A stretch of DNA of 32,000 nt from Candidatus Aminicenantes bacterium UBA6072 (GTDB lineage: Bacteria > Acidobacteriota > Aminicenantia > UBA2199): assembly GCA_002436105.1 (NCBI GenBank), contig DIXU01000004.1:40166-72165 (forward strand). The letters run 5' to 3'. Shown here one piece after another: positions 7,731-15,964 of the stretch (its first letter is position 1; each line of letters starts with the position of its first letter). The position numbers and the translations under genes were made by a program. Under the pieces are notes generated by a model. That model was not told the DNA's origin, ran no database searches, and saw only the letters and a program-made list of their open reading frames with translations.

Positions 7731-8696
7731 ATGACCCGACTGGCCGAGCAGATCCTGGTTTCAGACGTCAGCAAGAAAGCCCTGCAGCTGCTCAACCTGC
7801 CGCCCGTTACCCTTGAAAAAGGCACTCCATATGAAAGGCCGGAAACTCCATATTTTCAGGACGCGAGCGAGCCGTCGCCGGACGCGGTGACGATCTTCGT
7901 TTCCTGTGATCTGCGTTATGGAAGTTTTTATGGTGACTCGGATCACTGGAATCACAGCGAAGTATGCGAAATTCCATCCGTATCCTTCTACACGCTGCTC
8001 GCGGGACTGGAAGCAGGCAAAGCGGCATCAATGGAAGTGACGGCCACGATCGGCGAAATAGACATGGCCTGGGGAGTGGATTGTGCTGACCCCCACGAAA
8101 CGATCACTCATAAACAGGAGCCGATTTTAGTCCATGTCGAGATGTCGGCCGACGAGACAGCCGTGGCCCTCAAACTCCTGCGCCAAGAGAAGAATCTGTA
8201 TGTTCCCTATGCCGCGCTGCAACGGGGCGGAAGCGCTCAATGGTTAGAGTCGCTCAGGGTAGAATTGCCGTCAAAAAACAAGCTCAAGAAACATGATTGG
8301 GTCAATAGAGTGAAAGAGGGGGCGGCGGCCGATTTCATACAAAGCTGCTCGCCGGATTTCAAATTCGATCCCGAAAGTTCAACCATCGAAACAGAGGCGA
8401 AGCGCACGCTGACCTTGTCCGGGTGCGGATGGGACGAGGGCTACGATTTTTATTGCGTTTTCAATGCGTCGAACCTTTTGTCTGCAATTGAAAATTACCT
8501 GGCCAGCGGGCGCATGCAAGACAAGGTTTTGCTTGAAGGTGTCGAGTACTATTGCAACATTGAGCTCAGCGGTGCCGGGGACAACATCAGCCGGGCCCTT
8601 TGGGAAGATCCGAATGTACGGCCGGCGCGAGCCGAGGTTCTGATTGACTTTGCAGGGAAAAAGCTTTTAATGAATATACTCGAGGCCAAGGCGTAA
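7731..8696 (+). CDS. Hypothetical protein, apparently translationally coupled to the DUF1566 gene
   Basis: ATG 7731 lies 8 nt after the upstream stop (7720-7722) and is preceded by the same AGGGAAG Shine-Dalgarno. The track start at 7605 overlaps the previous gene in another frame. I recognised no motif. Confidence 0.65.
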   Translation: MTRLAEQILVSDVSKKALQLLNLPPVTLEKGTPYERPETPYFQDASEPSPDAVTIFVSCDLRYGSFYGDSDHWNHSEVCEIPSVSFYTLLAGLEAGKAASMEVTATIGEIDMAWGVDCADPHETITHKQEPILVHVEMSADETAVALKLLRQEKNLYVPYAALQRGGSAQWLESLRVELPSKNKLKKHDWVNRVKEGAAADFIQSCSPDFKFDPESSTIETEAKRTLTLSGCGWDEGYDFYCVFNASNLLSAIENYLASGRMQDKVLLEGVEYYCNIELSGAGDNISRALWEDPNVRPARAEVLIDFAGKKLLMNILEAKA

Positions 8697-8719
8697 GAAT
8701 AACGCCGGCCTTGCCGCTA

Positions 8720-9742
8720 TTACGTCAAAAGCTCGGAGATGGAGCGGTTGTGGTTGATGTTGAAGATCACCCGGGCAAAATACTTGGCGACGGATACTTC
8801 AAGGAACCAGGGAAAGCGCTTGGAAAAATCGTTGCCATGATATACGGCATCGGTCGCGATCAAACCGTTCAGATAGCCTTTTCGGTACAACTCGTCCAGT
8901 TTCTGTACCGCTTTGCCGTTGAACAGGGGAAGCGAGCAGGCGAAATATACCTTATTTGCTTTCTCTTCTATCTTCAGGAGCTCGATCGTGGAAACGACCG
9001 TTCCACCTGTATCCACCATGTCGTCGATGAGCAGGACATCCCTGCCATGGACGTCGCCCAGCAGGATCGATTCCGAAACGCAGTTGGGTTTCGTGTAATC
9101 CCTTTTTTTATAAATGAACCCCAATTCGGTTTTGAGCTTCGAAGCATAGTGTTCGGCGCGCGGGGCGCCCCCGGCGTCGGGAGAAAGGACGACCAGGTTT
9201 TTCGTATCGATGTGCTCGACGACATAGTCGATGATGTTCTTGGACGCGTGAAGGTCCTCGAATCGCGCCATCCTGAAAAAACCGGCGATGGCGGAATTGT
9301 GGACGTCGAGCGTTAGGACCTGGGTCGCCTTGCAGTTTTCGATCTCCTCGGCGACCCGGGCCGCCGTGATGCCTTCGCGGGATTTGGCCTTGTCCTGGCG
9401 CGCGTACGGAAAGGTGGGGATGACGACGCTGATGTTTCCGGCTCCGGAGCGCCAGGCCGCGTCGATGGCCGTTTTCAATGCCCTGAGGTTCTGGTCGACC
9501 GAATAGCCGTTGACGGAGTTCTCGACGTCCTGGATGATAAAGATGTCGGTGCCGCGGATGCTGTCCAGCACTTCGGTCTTGATCTCGCTGTTCTCGAAGT
9601 GGGTTTCCCTGGAATCGATGAAATGCACCGCTTCATCGGCCCCTTCCCTTTGGACGATATCGTTGATCTGGAGCAGCACTTTTTCCGCGAACGGTTTCCC
9701 CGACTCGCAGGCCATGATGGCCAGTTCTCCTCTTTTGAACAT
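8720..9742 (-). CDS. prs: Ribose-phosphate pyrophosphokinase (PRPP synthetase), divergent type
   Basis: Motifs VIPTFPYARQDK, LTLDVHN, VVLSPDAGGAPRA and VLLIDDMVDTGGT (PRPP-binding loop). At 340 aa it is slightly longer than E. coli Prs, and it has RQDK instead of RQDR. Confidence 0.88.
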   Translation of the reverse strand: MFKRGELAIMACESGKPFAEKVLLQINDIVQREGADEAVHFIDSRETHFENSEIKTEVLDSIRGTDIFIIQDVENSVNGYSVDQNLRALKTAIDAAWRSGAGNISVVIPTFPYARQDKAKSREGITAARVAEEIENCKATQVLTLDVHNSAIAGFFRMARFEDLHASKNIIDYVVEHIDTKNLVVLSPDAGGAPRAEHYASKLKTELGFIYKKRDYTKPNCVSESILLGDVHGRDVLLIDDMVDTGGTVVSTIELLKIEEKANKVYFACSLPLFNGKAVQKLDELYRKGYLNGLIATDAVYHGNDFSKRFPWFLEVSVAKYFARVIFNINHNRSISELLT

Positions 9743-9779
9743 GTTGCCTCACCTTCCGATGGGATCGGAATGGAATCGA

Positions 9780-10115
9780 TCAGACTTCATCGACATGGTT
9801 GTTGCGGTCTTTTTTGCTCATTTCCAGGAACCATATGCCAGTAAATTCCTCAAGAATGATCTTTGTAATCCGGGCCAGTATCTCATTGTCGCATCCCGGG
9901 TACGTTTCCTGCAGTCGCGTTATGGATTTATCCAAGGTGGTTTTGACCAGCAGGTCGAAACAATCGTCATACTCTTTTCTGTAGATAACGGCATATTTGT
10001 CTATCCATTCGCCCACCGCCTCTTCCCCTGGATCGCGGCCGATCTCGACACCCTTGAACCACTTGTGCTTGAGCGCTTCCTGCAGCTGATTCCGCATCAA
10101 TGTCTTCATGTCCAT
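9780..10115 (-). CDS. Hypothetical 111-aa protein upstream of prs
   Basis: GGAGG lies 9 nt upstream of the ATG. Its stop is 37 nt before the prs start. No domain recognised with confidence. Confidence 0.6.
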   Translation of the reverse strand: MDMKTLMRNQLQEALKHKWFKGVEIGRDPGEEAVGEWIDKYAVIYRKEYDDCFDLLVKTTLDKSITRLQETYPGCDNEILARITKIILEEFTGIWFLEMSKKDRNNHVDEV

Positions 10116-10234
10116 GGGGGAGTGCCTCCGGATATTTCCAAGATTTTACCATTATTTTGTTGGAATTGAAATTATTTATTTGCTCAAAAATTGCGTGCTT
10201 CCGAGTCAAGAACTGCCTTGTGCCGAGTATTGTT

Positions 10235-10444
10235 TTACAGAATATCCAGTTCCTTTTTGTGAACAGGACATATATAGCCGCTTCCTTCATCCAGGGCACA
10301 CTCCGTGCAGAATGCCTGGTCGCATGTCGGACAGACGCCGAGGAGAAGGTCGAATACGGTTTGTCCGGGCTTGGTCGCGACAATGTTCGGAGCTCGGCCG
10401 CACCGCGAACATGAGGGTTGCAGTGATTGGTTATTATTATTCAT
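10235..10444 (-). CDS. Small Cys-rich zinc-ribbon-like protein (69 aa)
   Basis: Paired metal-ligand motifs CSRC, CPTC, CTEC and CPVH. There is no clear Shine-Dalgarno (upstream reads tttctccatc). Confidence 0.5.
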   Translation of the reverse strand: MNNNNQSLQPSCSRCGRAPNIVATKPGQTVFDLLLGVCPTCDQAFCTECALDEGSGYICPVHKKELDIL

Positions 10445-10534
10445 GATGGAGAAATCATATTATGAAATCCGAATTGTTGCAATCAATCCAAGTCAGGGAT
10501 TCGCTATGATATGATGAGTGTCTGGAGATAAAAA

Positions 10535-10924
10535 ATGAACGATGAAAGATTGTATCCCGTAAAAAAGGAAATTCATGCACAAGGCAATCCGATCGAGTTA
10601 CATTTCAGCGTGAACGCCTATTTCGGCACCCACGACCGGGAAGAGAGCGGGGAGGTGCCGCTGGCCGTTATCAACAAGGAAGGGATGGTTTTCCTTGTCG
10701 AAAAAATATCTGAAAACTGGCAGGGGATCGCTTCCGGCGTGGATATCAAGCATGAGTTGACTTACTCAAAAAACTCCCGGGAATCCAAATACAGCCTGCG
10801 CATTCAGCCCGATGCCTGTCCGGTCACCATCCGGGTCAAACATTTTCATGAAAATTCAGCATCGGATTTTCCGCATCACGGGGAAGCGCATGAAGACTAT
10901 CATTCAATATTGGTTATCGATTGA
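10535..10924 (+). CDS. Hypothetical 129-aa protein
   Basis: ATG with GGAG about 9 nt upstream. No recognisable motif. Confidence 0.55.
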   Translation: MNDERLYPVKKEIHAQGNPIELHFSVNAYFGTHDREESGEVPLAVINKEGMVFLVEKISENWQGIASGVDIKHELTYSKNSRESKYSLRIQPDACPVTIRVKHFHENSASDFPHHGEAHEDYHSILVID

Positions 10925-11001
10925 GCAAAAGTGTGCTCGATCAGGTTTCACAAAGAGAGGGAATGTGCTTGATCAGTTTTCCCATGCGATCTGATTTTAC
11001 C

Positions 11002-11030
11002 TTGACTGCCCGACTGCATTTCCATAGAAT
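11002..11030 (+). promoter_or_regulatory. Near-consensus sigma70 promoter ending 6 nt before ATG 11037, implying a leaderless or near-leaderless mRNA
   Basis: TTGACT (11002-11007), a 17-nt spacer and TAGAAT (11025-11030). There is no Shine-Dalgarno before ATG 11037. Confidence 0.55.
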
Positions 11031-11036
11031 CGGCTG

Positions 11037-11540
11037 ATGGGCAAATCATTTTATTCTGTCCGCACAGTTCTTTTTTTTCTTGTCTTCGTCCTGCTGACCG
11101 CTCCCATCCACGCCCAACCCCGAAAATTGCCCCCCTTGAATCGGGATTTCTTCCTTTTCATGGCGGGGATCATCCTGGTTTTTCTTATCTATTCGATCAG
11201 AACCCGGAGCATCATCTGGCCGCTATGGACTGGCCTGATCAAGCAATCGCGATGGCTTTCCGCGGCGCATATAGTTCTTTTCCTGTCATGTTTCTTGTTT
11301 GGCGCGAAGATTTTCAGCGGCGGCTCATTTGATTGGCAAATCCCGTTGACGTTATTCGTTTTTGGAGTGATCCTGCTGATTCCGGGAGTGTATTGCCAGT
11401 GGAAGATAGCCCCTGATGAACATTGGAGCAGGGCTTTCCTAAATACACTGTTGTCGCTGGCGATCGGTTTTTTGATTTTCCCCGGATTTGCGCTTGTCTA
11501 TTTCTTGACGCACGCATTGACCGCCTTCCTTCGGGATTGA
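11037..11540 (+). CDS. Integral membrane protein (signal/anchor plus about 4 TM segments), function unknown
   Basis: Hydrophobic N-terminus FFLVFVLLTAPIHA-QP, followed by several 20-aa hydrophobic stretches. Confidence 0.6.
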   Translation: MGKSFYSVRTVLFFLVFVLLTAPIHAQPRKLPPLNRDFFLFMAGIILVFLIYSIRTRSIIWPLWTGLIKQSRWLSAAHIVLFLSCFLFGAKIFSGGSFDWQIPLTLFVFGVILLIPGVYCQWKIAPDEHWSRAFLNTLLSLAIGFLIFPGFALVYFLTHALTAFLRD

Positions 11541-11576
11541 TCTGAAAGCATATCTTGGATCAGCAATTTCGGCGAT

Positions 11577-11606
11577 TTGCTTATTCAGGTAATTGTTCTA
11601 TATAAT
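11577..11606 (+). promoter_or_regulatory. Sigma70-type promoter of the 11627-20701 operon
   Basis: TTGCTT (11577-11582), an 18-nt spacer and TATAAT (11601-11606). AGGAGG at 11617-11622 precedes ATG 11627. Confidence 0.6.
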
Positions 11607-11626
11607 GGCAAACTTCAGGAGGATCA

Positions 11627-14266
11627 ATGGATAAAGTGGGAAAGGGGAGCAAGACCATCGTCGTCACCGGCGATTTCACCATCGACTGGAACATCGCCCG
11701 CATCCGCCGCGACGACATCAGCGGCAACAGCTGGAATCCCAACGACCTCACCCGGGCCTGCTGGCAGCGCGGCGGCGCGGCCCTGCTGGGCGACCTGATC
11801 GAAAACCTGGCTGTGGACCTGAAAGGCAAGGGCCTTGGGGAATTCACGGTCAGGAAAATATCGGATATGCCCAAATTCGCCTGCCCCGCCGATGAGCGCT
11901 TCCACCATTCCTATGCCCAGTGGGCGCTTTTCAACTTCAAGGATAAAGAGGGCGCCGAGCCGCGGGCCTGGAGAGTATCCGAGTTCATCGGCCTCGACCG
12001 CAGCGCTAACGGCTGGGCCGAATTCATTGGCGCGCAGTCCAGGGCTGCCGTTGAGCCCGACCTGATCGTTCTCGACGACGCCGACCTCGGGTTCCGGGAC
12101 CATCCCGAACTTTGGTCGCAATTGCTCAAGAAAAGAAACAATACAACCTGGGTCGTGTTGAAAATGTCGCGGCCCGTGGCCCAGGGAGCGCTGTGGGAGC
12201 ACCTGCACCGCGAGTGGGCCGACCGCCTGATCGTGGTCATGACCGCCAACGACCTGCGACGTACCGAGGTGCAGATCAGCCGCGAGCTCTCCTGGGAGCG
12301 CACGGCCCAGGACCTGGCCTGGGAGCTGGTGCACAACCCCCGGGTCAACGCCCTTTCCGATTGCGCCCGGGTGGTATGCTCGTTCGACACGTCGGGAGCT
12401 TTCCTGCTGCACAAGCGCCGGGGATCGCTTTTTTTCGATCCCCAGGGCATTGAAGGCACCTGGAACGGCGGTTTTCCCGGCGGCATGATCGGCTACAACT
12501 CATGCCTGGCCGCCGCCATCGTGCGCCAGTTGCTCATCTCTCCCAAAAATCCCGATATCCAGAATGGAATTCAATCCGGGATCCAGGCCCAGCGCCGCCT
12601 GCACCAGGAGGGCTATGGGGACCGCACTCAGAAAAAAGCCGAACCGCAGCTGGCTTTCCCCTTGGCAACGGTTGTGTCGGCTTTGGCAGAAGATACGTTA
12701 CCCTGCTCGGTCATCGACGTGCAGGACCCGGTCATGCATTTGAAAAACGTGAAGCCGATGCCTGTGGCGGAAACGGCGGACGGATTCTGGACCATATTGC
12801 ATGACCGCTATGCGCAAACCCTGGAAGAAACCGCCCGGCGCATCGTGCTGGAAGGGCCCGAAACCGTGCTGCGCGACGTGCCATTGGGTAAATTCCGCGG
12901 CCTGCTGACCGCCGACCGCCGGGAGATCGAGAGCTTCCGCGGCCTGCGCTCGCTGGTGGCCGAATACTGCAGCAAGAGCCGGCAGAGCAAGCCCATCTCG
13001 ATCGCGGTCTTCGGCTCCCCGGGCTCGGGAAAGTCCTTCGGCATCAACGAGGTCGCCCTTTCGCTTTTTCCGAAGCTGATTGAGAAGAAGGAGTTCAACG
13101 TCTCGCAGTTCACCTCGGTCGATGACCTGCACAACGCATTGCACCAGGTGCGCGACCTGGGGCTCTCGGGAAAGATCCCGCTGGTATTTTTCGACGAGTT
13201 CGACTCCGCCCTGGAGGGGCAAAGCCTGGGCTGGCTGCGCCATTTCCTGATGCCCATGCAGGACGGGGCTTTTCTGAAGGGACAAATATCCCATCCCCTG
13301 GGCATGGCCATATTCGTCTTTGCCGGCGGCACCAGCGAGAAGCTGGAGGCGTTCGGCAGCCACCTGACGCCCGAGGATTTCCGCAAGGTGAAGGGGCCCG
13401 ATTTCGTCTCCCGCCTCAAGGGATTCGTCAATATCATGGGTCCGAACCCCGTTGCCTCCATGGCCGGCGGAGACCCGCATTATATGCTGCGCCGCGCCAT
13501 TTTGTTACGCTCGAGCATTTCGCGCAATGCCAGGCACATCATCGGCAAGAGCGACGGCAGGGAAACCATGAATATCGACCCCGGCGTGCTCAACGCTTTC
13601 CTGAAGATCAGCCAGTACAAGCATGGCGTGCGGTCCATGGAAGCGATCATGGCCATGAGCCAGCTGGCCGGCAAGAGCGGTTATGAGCGCTCCTGCCTTC
13701 CTTCCGAGGCCCAGCTCGACCTGCATGTCAACGGCCTCGAATTCCTGGCCCTGGTGCAGCAGATCGTCCTTACCCCGGAAATATTGGAAAAACTGGCGGC
13801 CGCTGCCCATGACATCTTCTGCCTGGGGAAAAAGCGCGACGGCTATCGTTTCGGCAGGGAAAAAAGCGAGAAAAAAAAGACCCATCCCTTGCTGATGGCC
13901 TATGACAAGCTCCCGGAGTGGGCCAAGGAAGCCAATCGGACCAATGTGAACACCATCCCGCAGAAACTGGCGGCTGCCGGCTATATCATGATCCCGGCCC
14001 GCAGCAACCAGCCGGCACTGAAGTTCCCCGGGAAAGATCTGGAAAAACTCGCGCAGCTGGAGCACGAATTATGGATGGCGGCGAAGCTCGCCGCCGGATT
14101 CAAAAAGGGAAAGCCCACGGCCGCCGATCCCTATCGCAATGAATACCTGGTGGATTGGAATAGACTGACCGACAGGATCAGGCAGATCGATCGCGACCTG
14201 GTCAAGGGCATCCCGCAGATCCTGGCCCGTGCCGGCTATGCCATCGAAAAGCTGAAGCAAGAATAG
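11627..14266 (+). CDS. Large multidomain protein: N-terminal ~340 aa (possibly a degenerate ribokinase/PfkB-like fold), P-loop AAA-type ATPase, two C-terminal RyR domains
   Basis: Strong RBS and strong GC3 bias. Walker A is IAVFGSPGSGKSFG, Walker B is PLVFFDEFDSA, a sensor-like IFVFAGGTS follows, then GPDFVSRLKG. RyR-like repeats are KKRDGYRFGREKSEKKKTHPLLMAYDKLPEWAKEANRTNVNTIPQKLAAAGY and ELWMAAKLAAGFKKGK...NEYLVDWNRLTDRIRQIDRDLVKGIPQILARAGY. N-terminal hints are IVVTGDFTIDW, GGAALLGDL and FPGGMIGYNSCLAAAIV. Confidence 0.88.
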   Translation: MDKVGKGSKTIVVTGDFTIDWNIARIRRDDISGNSWNPNDLTRACWQRGGAALLGDLIENLAVDLKGKGLGEFTVRKISDMPKFACPADERFHHSYAQWALFNFKDKEGAEPRAWRVSEFIGLDRSANGWAEFIGAQSRAAVEPDLIVLDDADLGFRDHPELWSQLLKKRNNTTWVVLKMSRPVAQGALWEHLHREWADRLIVVMTANDLRRTEVQISRELSWERTAQDLAWELVHNPRVNALSDCARVVCSFDTSGAFLLHKRRGSLFFDPQGIEGTWNGGFPGGMIGYNSCLAAAIVRQLLISPKNPDIQNGIQSGIQAQRRLHQEGYGDRTQKKAEPQLAFPLATVVSALAEDTLPCSVIDVQDPVMHLKNVKPMPVAETADGFWTILHDRYAQTLEETARRIVLEGPETVLRDVPLGKFRGLLTADRREIESFRGLRSLVAEYCSKSRQSKPISIAVFGSPGSGKSFGINEVALSLFPKLIEKKEFNVSQFTSVDDLHNALHQVRDLGLSGKIPLVFFDEFDSALEGQSLGWLRHFLMPMQDGAFLKGQISHPLGMAIFVFAGGTSEKLEAFGSHLTPEDFRKVKGPDFVSRLKGFVNIMGPNPVASMAGGDPHYMLRRAILLRSSISRNARHIIGKSDGRETMNIDPGVLNAFLKISQYKHGVRSMEAIMAMSQLAGKSGYERSCLPSEAQLDLHVNGLEFLALVQQIVLTPEILEKLAAAAHDIFCLGKKRDGYRFGREKSEKKKTHPLLMAYDKLPEWAKEANRTNVNTIPQKLAAAGYIMIPARSNQPALKFPGKDLEKLAQLEHELWMAAKLAAGFKKGKPTAADPYRNEYLVDWNRLTDRIRQIDRDLVKGIPQILARAGYAIEKLKQE

Positions 14267-14275
14267 GGAGCAGGA

Positions 14276-15913
14276 TTGCCAATCGCCGACATCCCATTCC
14301 GGTTGCGCATCGGCATTACCGGCCACCGGACCATCAATGATCCCGAAACGGTTTCGCGGCAGATCAGGGATTTCCTGCATGAGCGGATATGGGAATTGTT
14401 CGATCCGCCGGCAGGGAGAAAAAAATCCGGCACGCGCCTCGCTTTCACCCTGCTGAGCCCCCTGGCGGAAGGTGCCGATCGTCTGGCCGCCGCCGAGATC
14501 CTCAAGATCGCCGATTCCGAAATTGAAGCGGTTTTGCCCATGGCCGCGGGCGACTATGAGCGCGATTTTGCCACGTCCGAGTCCCGGGCCGAATTCCATG
14601 ATCTGCTCAGCCGGGCCGGCAGAACGATCGTGCTGAAAGAAACTGCCTCCGACAACACCCTGGACGAGGTGCGCAGAAAAGCATACGAGGCGGCCGGCCG
14701 ATATGTCGTCGACCATTGTGACCTGCTCATCGCCGTGTGGGACGGCATGCCGGCCCGGGGCAGGGGAGGCACGGCCGAGATCGTCGCCTATGCCCGGGGA
14801 AAAAAGCTGCCGCTGATCGTCGTTTCTTCGCTTGATCCTTATGACATAACACTTGAAAAGGGATCGGGGCTGAACGGTCAGGCCTATATCCGGCTGGGGG
14901 TTTTCAATTCATTTGCCATCGCCGCCAATGTCCGGGATGCGTATGTCGACAATATGCACCGGGACCTGTTCGCCAATCCCGATGGTGAACGGCTGGACGG
15001 GGCGATAAGAGAACGCATCCGTTCCGGGCTGCTGCCCTGGTATGTGCGGGCTTCTTCGATCGCCAAGCGCAGCCAGAAAAACTACCTGCGGGCCGGGCTG
15101 CTGGTCTATTCCCTTTCGCCGCTGGCGGTGGCGGCGGTGGCCCTGGCCATTCTCATGCCCAAGTGGGCATCGCCGGCCTTTGTCGTCGAATTCATCCTGC
15201 TGGGGATTATCCTGTTGGTCATCGTGTCATCGGACAGGCGCAGAACCCATCAGAACTGGATCGAGGCCCGCTTTCTGGCCGAACGCATCCGCTCGGCGAT
15301 CTTTCTGACGGCCGGCGGCGTCCAGGCTTCCTGCCTGGTGCACATTCACGCCCTGAGGCCGCAATTGGAAGCCGGGGCGTGGACCATCCAGGCTTTCGAT
15401 GAAATCATGAGACGCATGGGGCCGATTGAATGCTGTGACCAAGCCGGCTGTGATCTCGGCATCGCCTACGTGCGCCGCCACTGGCTGCAGGATCAAATTC
15501 ATTTCCATGTCTCCAAGGCCCAAAGATCGCAAAAGGCCGGTCATCGCCTGGAGAGAGCCGGCTGGCTGGTCTTTATGACCGCTTTTTTTATTGCGGCGTG
15601 GCATCTGATCGAACTGTTTCTTGGTCATCCGGAGATTTTGGCCTGGCTCGGGAAACCTCTTGTTTTTCTCGCTGTTGTGCTGCCGGCCATCGGCGCCACC
15701 CTGGGCGGCATCCGCGGCCACCGCGAATATTCCCGCCTGGCCAAACGCAGCCAGTACATGCAGGCCGTGTTGTCCGACATGGACAGTCGCCTGGCGAACA
15801 TTACCCAGGCCAAGGAGCTGACCGCCCTCCTGCAGGAAACCGAACAGCTGATGCTGCAGGATACCCAGGAGTGGCTGATGCTGATGAAGTTCGCCAAGGT
15901 GGAGGCAATATAA
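14276..15913 (+). CDS. SLOG domain (YpsA/DprA/LOG-like Rossmannoid) fused to a C-terminal multi-TM SLATT-like domain
   Basis: The frame opens at 14267. There is no in-frame ATG before aa ~88, so the start is TTG 14276 (GGGAG at 14266-14270), 9 nt after the upstream stop. SLOG motifs are RIGITGHR, LSPLAEGADRLAAAE and LLIAVWDG..ARGRGGTAEIVAYARGKKLPLIVV. The C-terminal half has hydrophobic helices LLVYSLSPLAVAAVALAIL, FVVEFILLGIILLVIV, WLVFMTAFFIAAWHLIELF and LVFLAVVLPAIGATLGGI, followed by a charged tail. Confidence 0.85.
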   Translation: MPIADIPFRLRIGITGHRTINDPETVSRQIRDFLHERIWELFDPPAGRKKSGTRLAFTLLSPLAEGADRLAAAEILKIADSEIEAVLPMAAGDYERDFATSESRAEFHDLLSRAGRTIVLKETASDNTLDEVRRKAYEAAGRYVVDHCDLLIAVWDGMPARGRGGTAEIVAYARGKKLPLIVVSSLDPYDITLEKGSGLNGQAYIRLGVFNSFAIAANVRDAYVDNMHRDLFANPDGERLDGAIRERIRSGLLPWYVRASSIAKRSQKNYLRAGLLVYSLSPLAVAAVALAILMPKWASPAFVVEFILLGIILLVIVSSDRRRTHQNWIEARFLAERIRSAIFLTAGGVQASCLVHIHALRPQLEAGAWTIQAFDEIMRRMGPIECCDQAGCDLGIAYVRRHWLQDQIHFHVSKAQRSQKAGHRLERAGWLVFMTAFFIAAWHLIELFLGHPEILAWLGKPLVFLAVVLPAIGATLGGIRGHREYSRLAKRSQYMQAVLSDMDSRLANITQAKELTALLQETEQLMLQDTQEWLMLMKFAKVEAI

Positions 15914-15964
15914 TCAGATTATTCTTATTGATATCTCCAAAGATCGATCTTGAAAGGAGAGGAG

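Noticed and set aside
8697-8719. Hairpin CAAGGC...GCCTTG between the convergent 7731 gene and prs, as a bidirectional terminator.
   Set aside because: The stem is only about 6 bp with a 15-nt loop and no U-tract on either strand. That is too weak to call.
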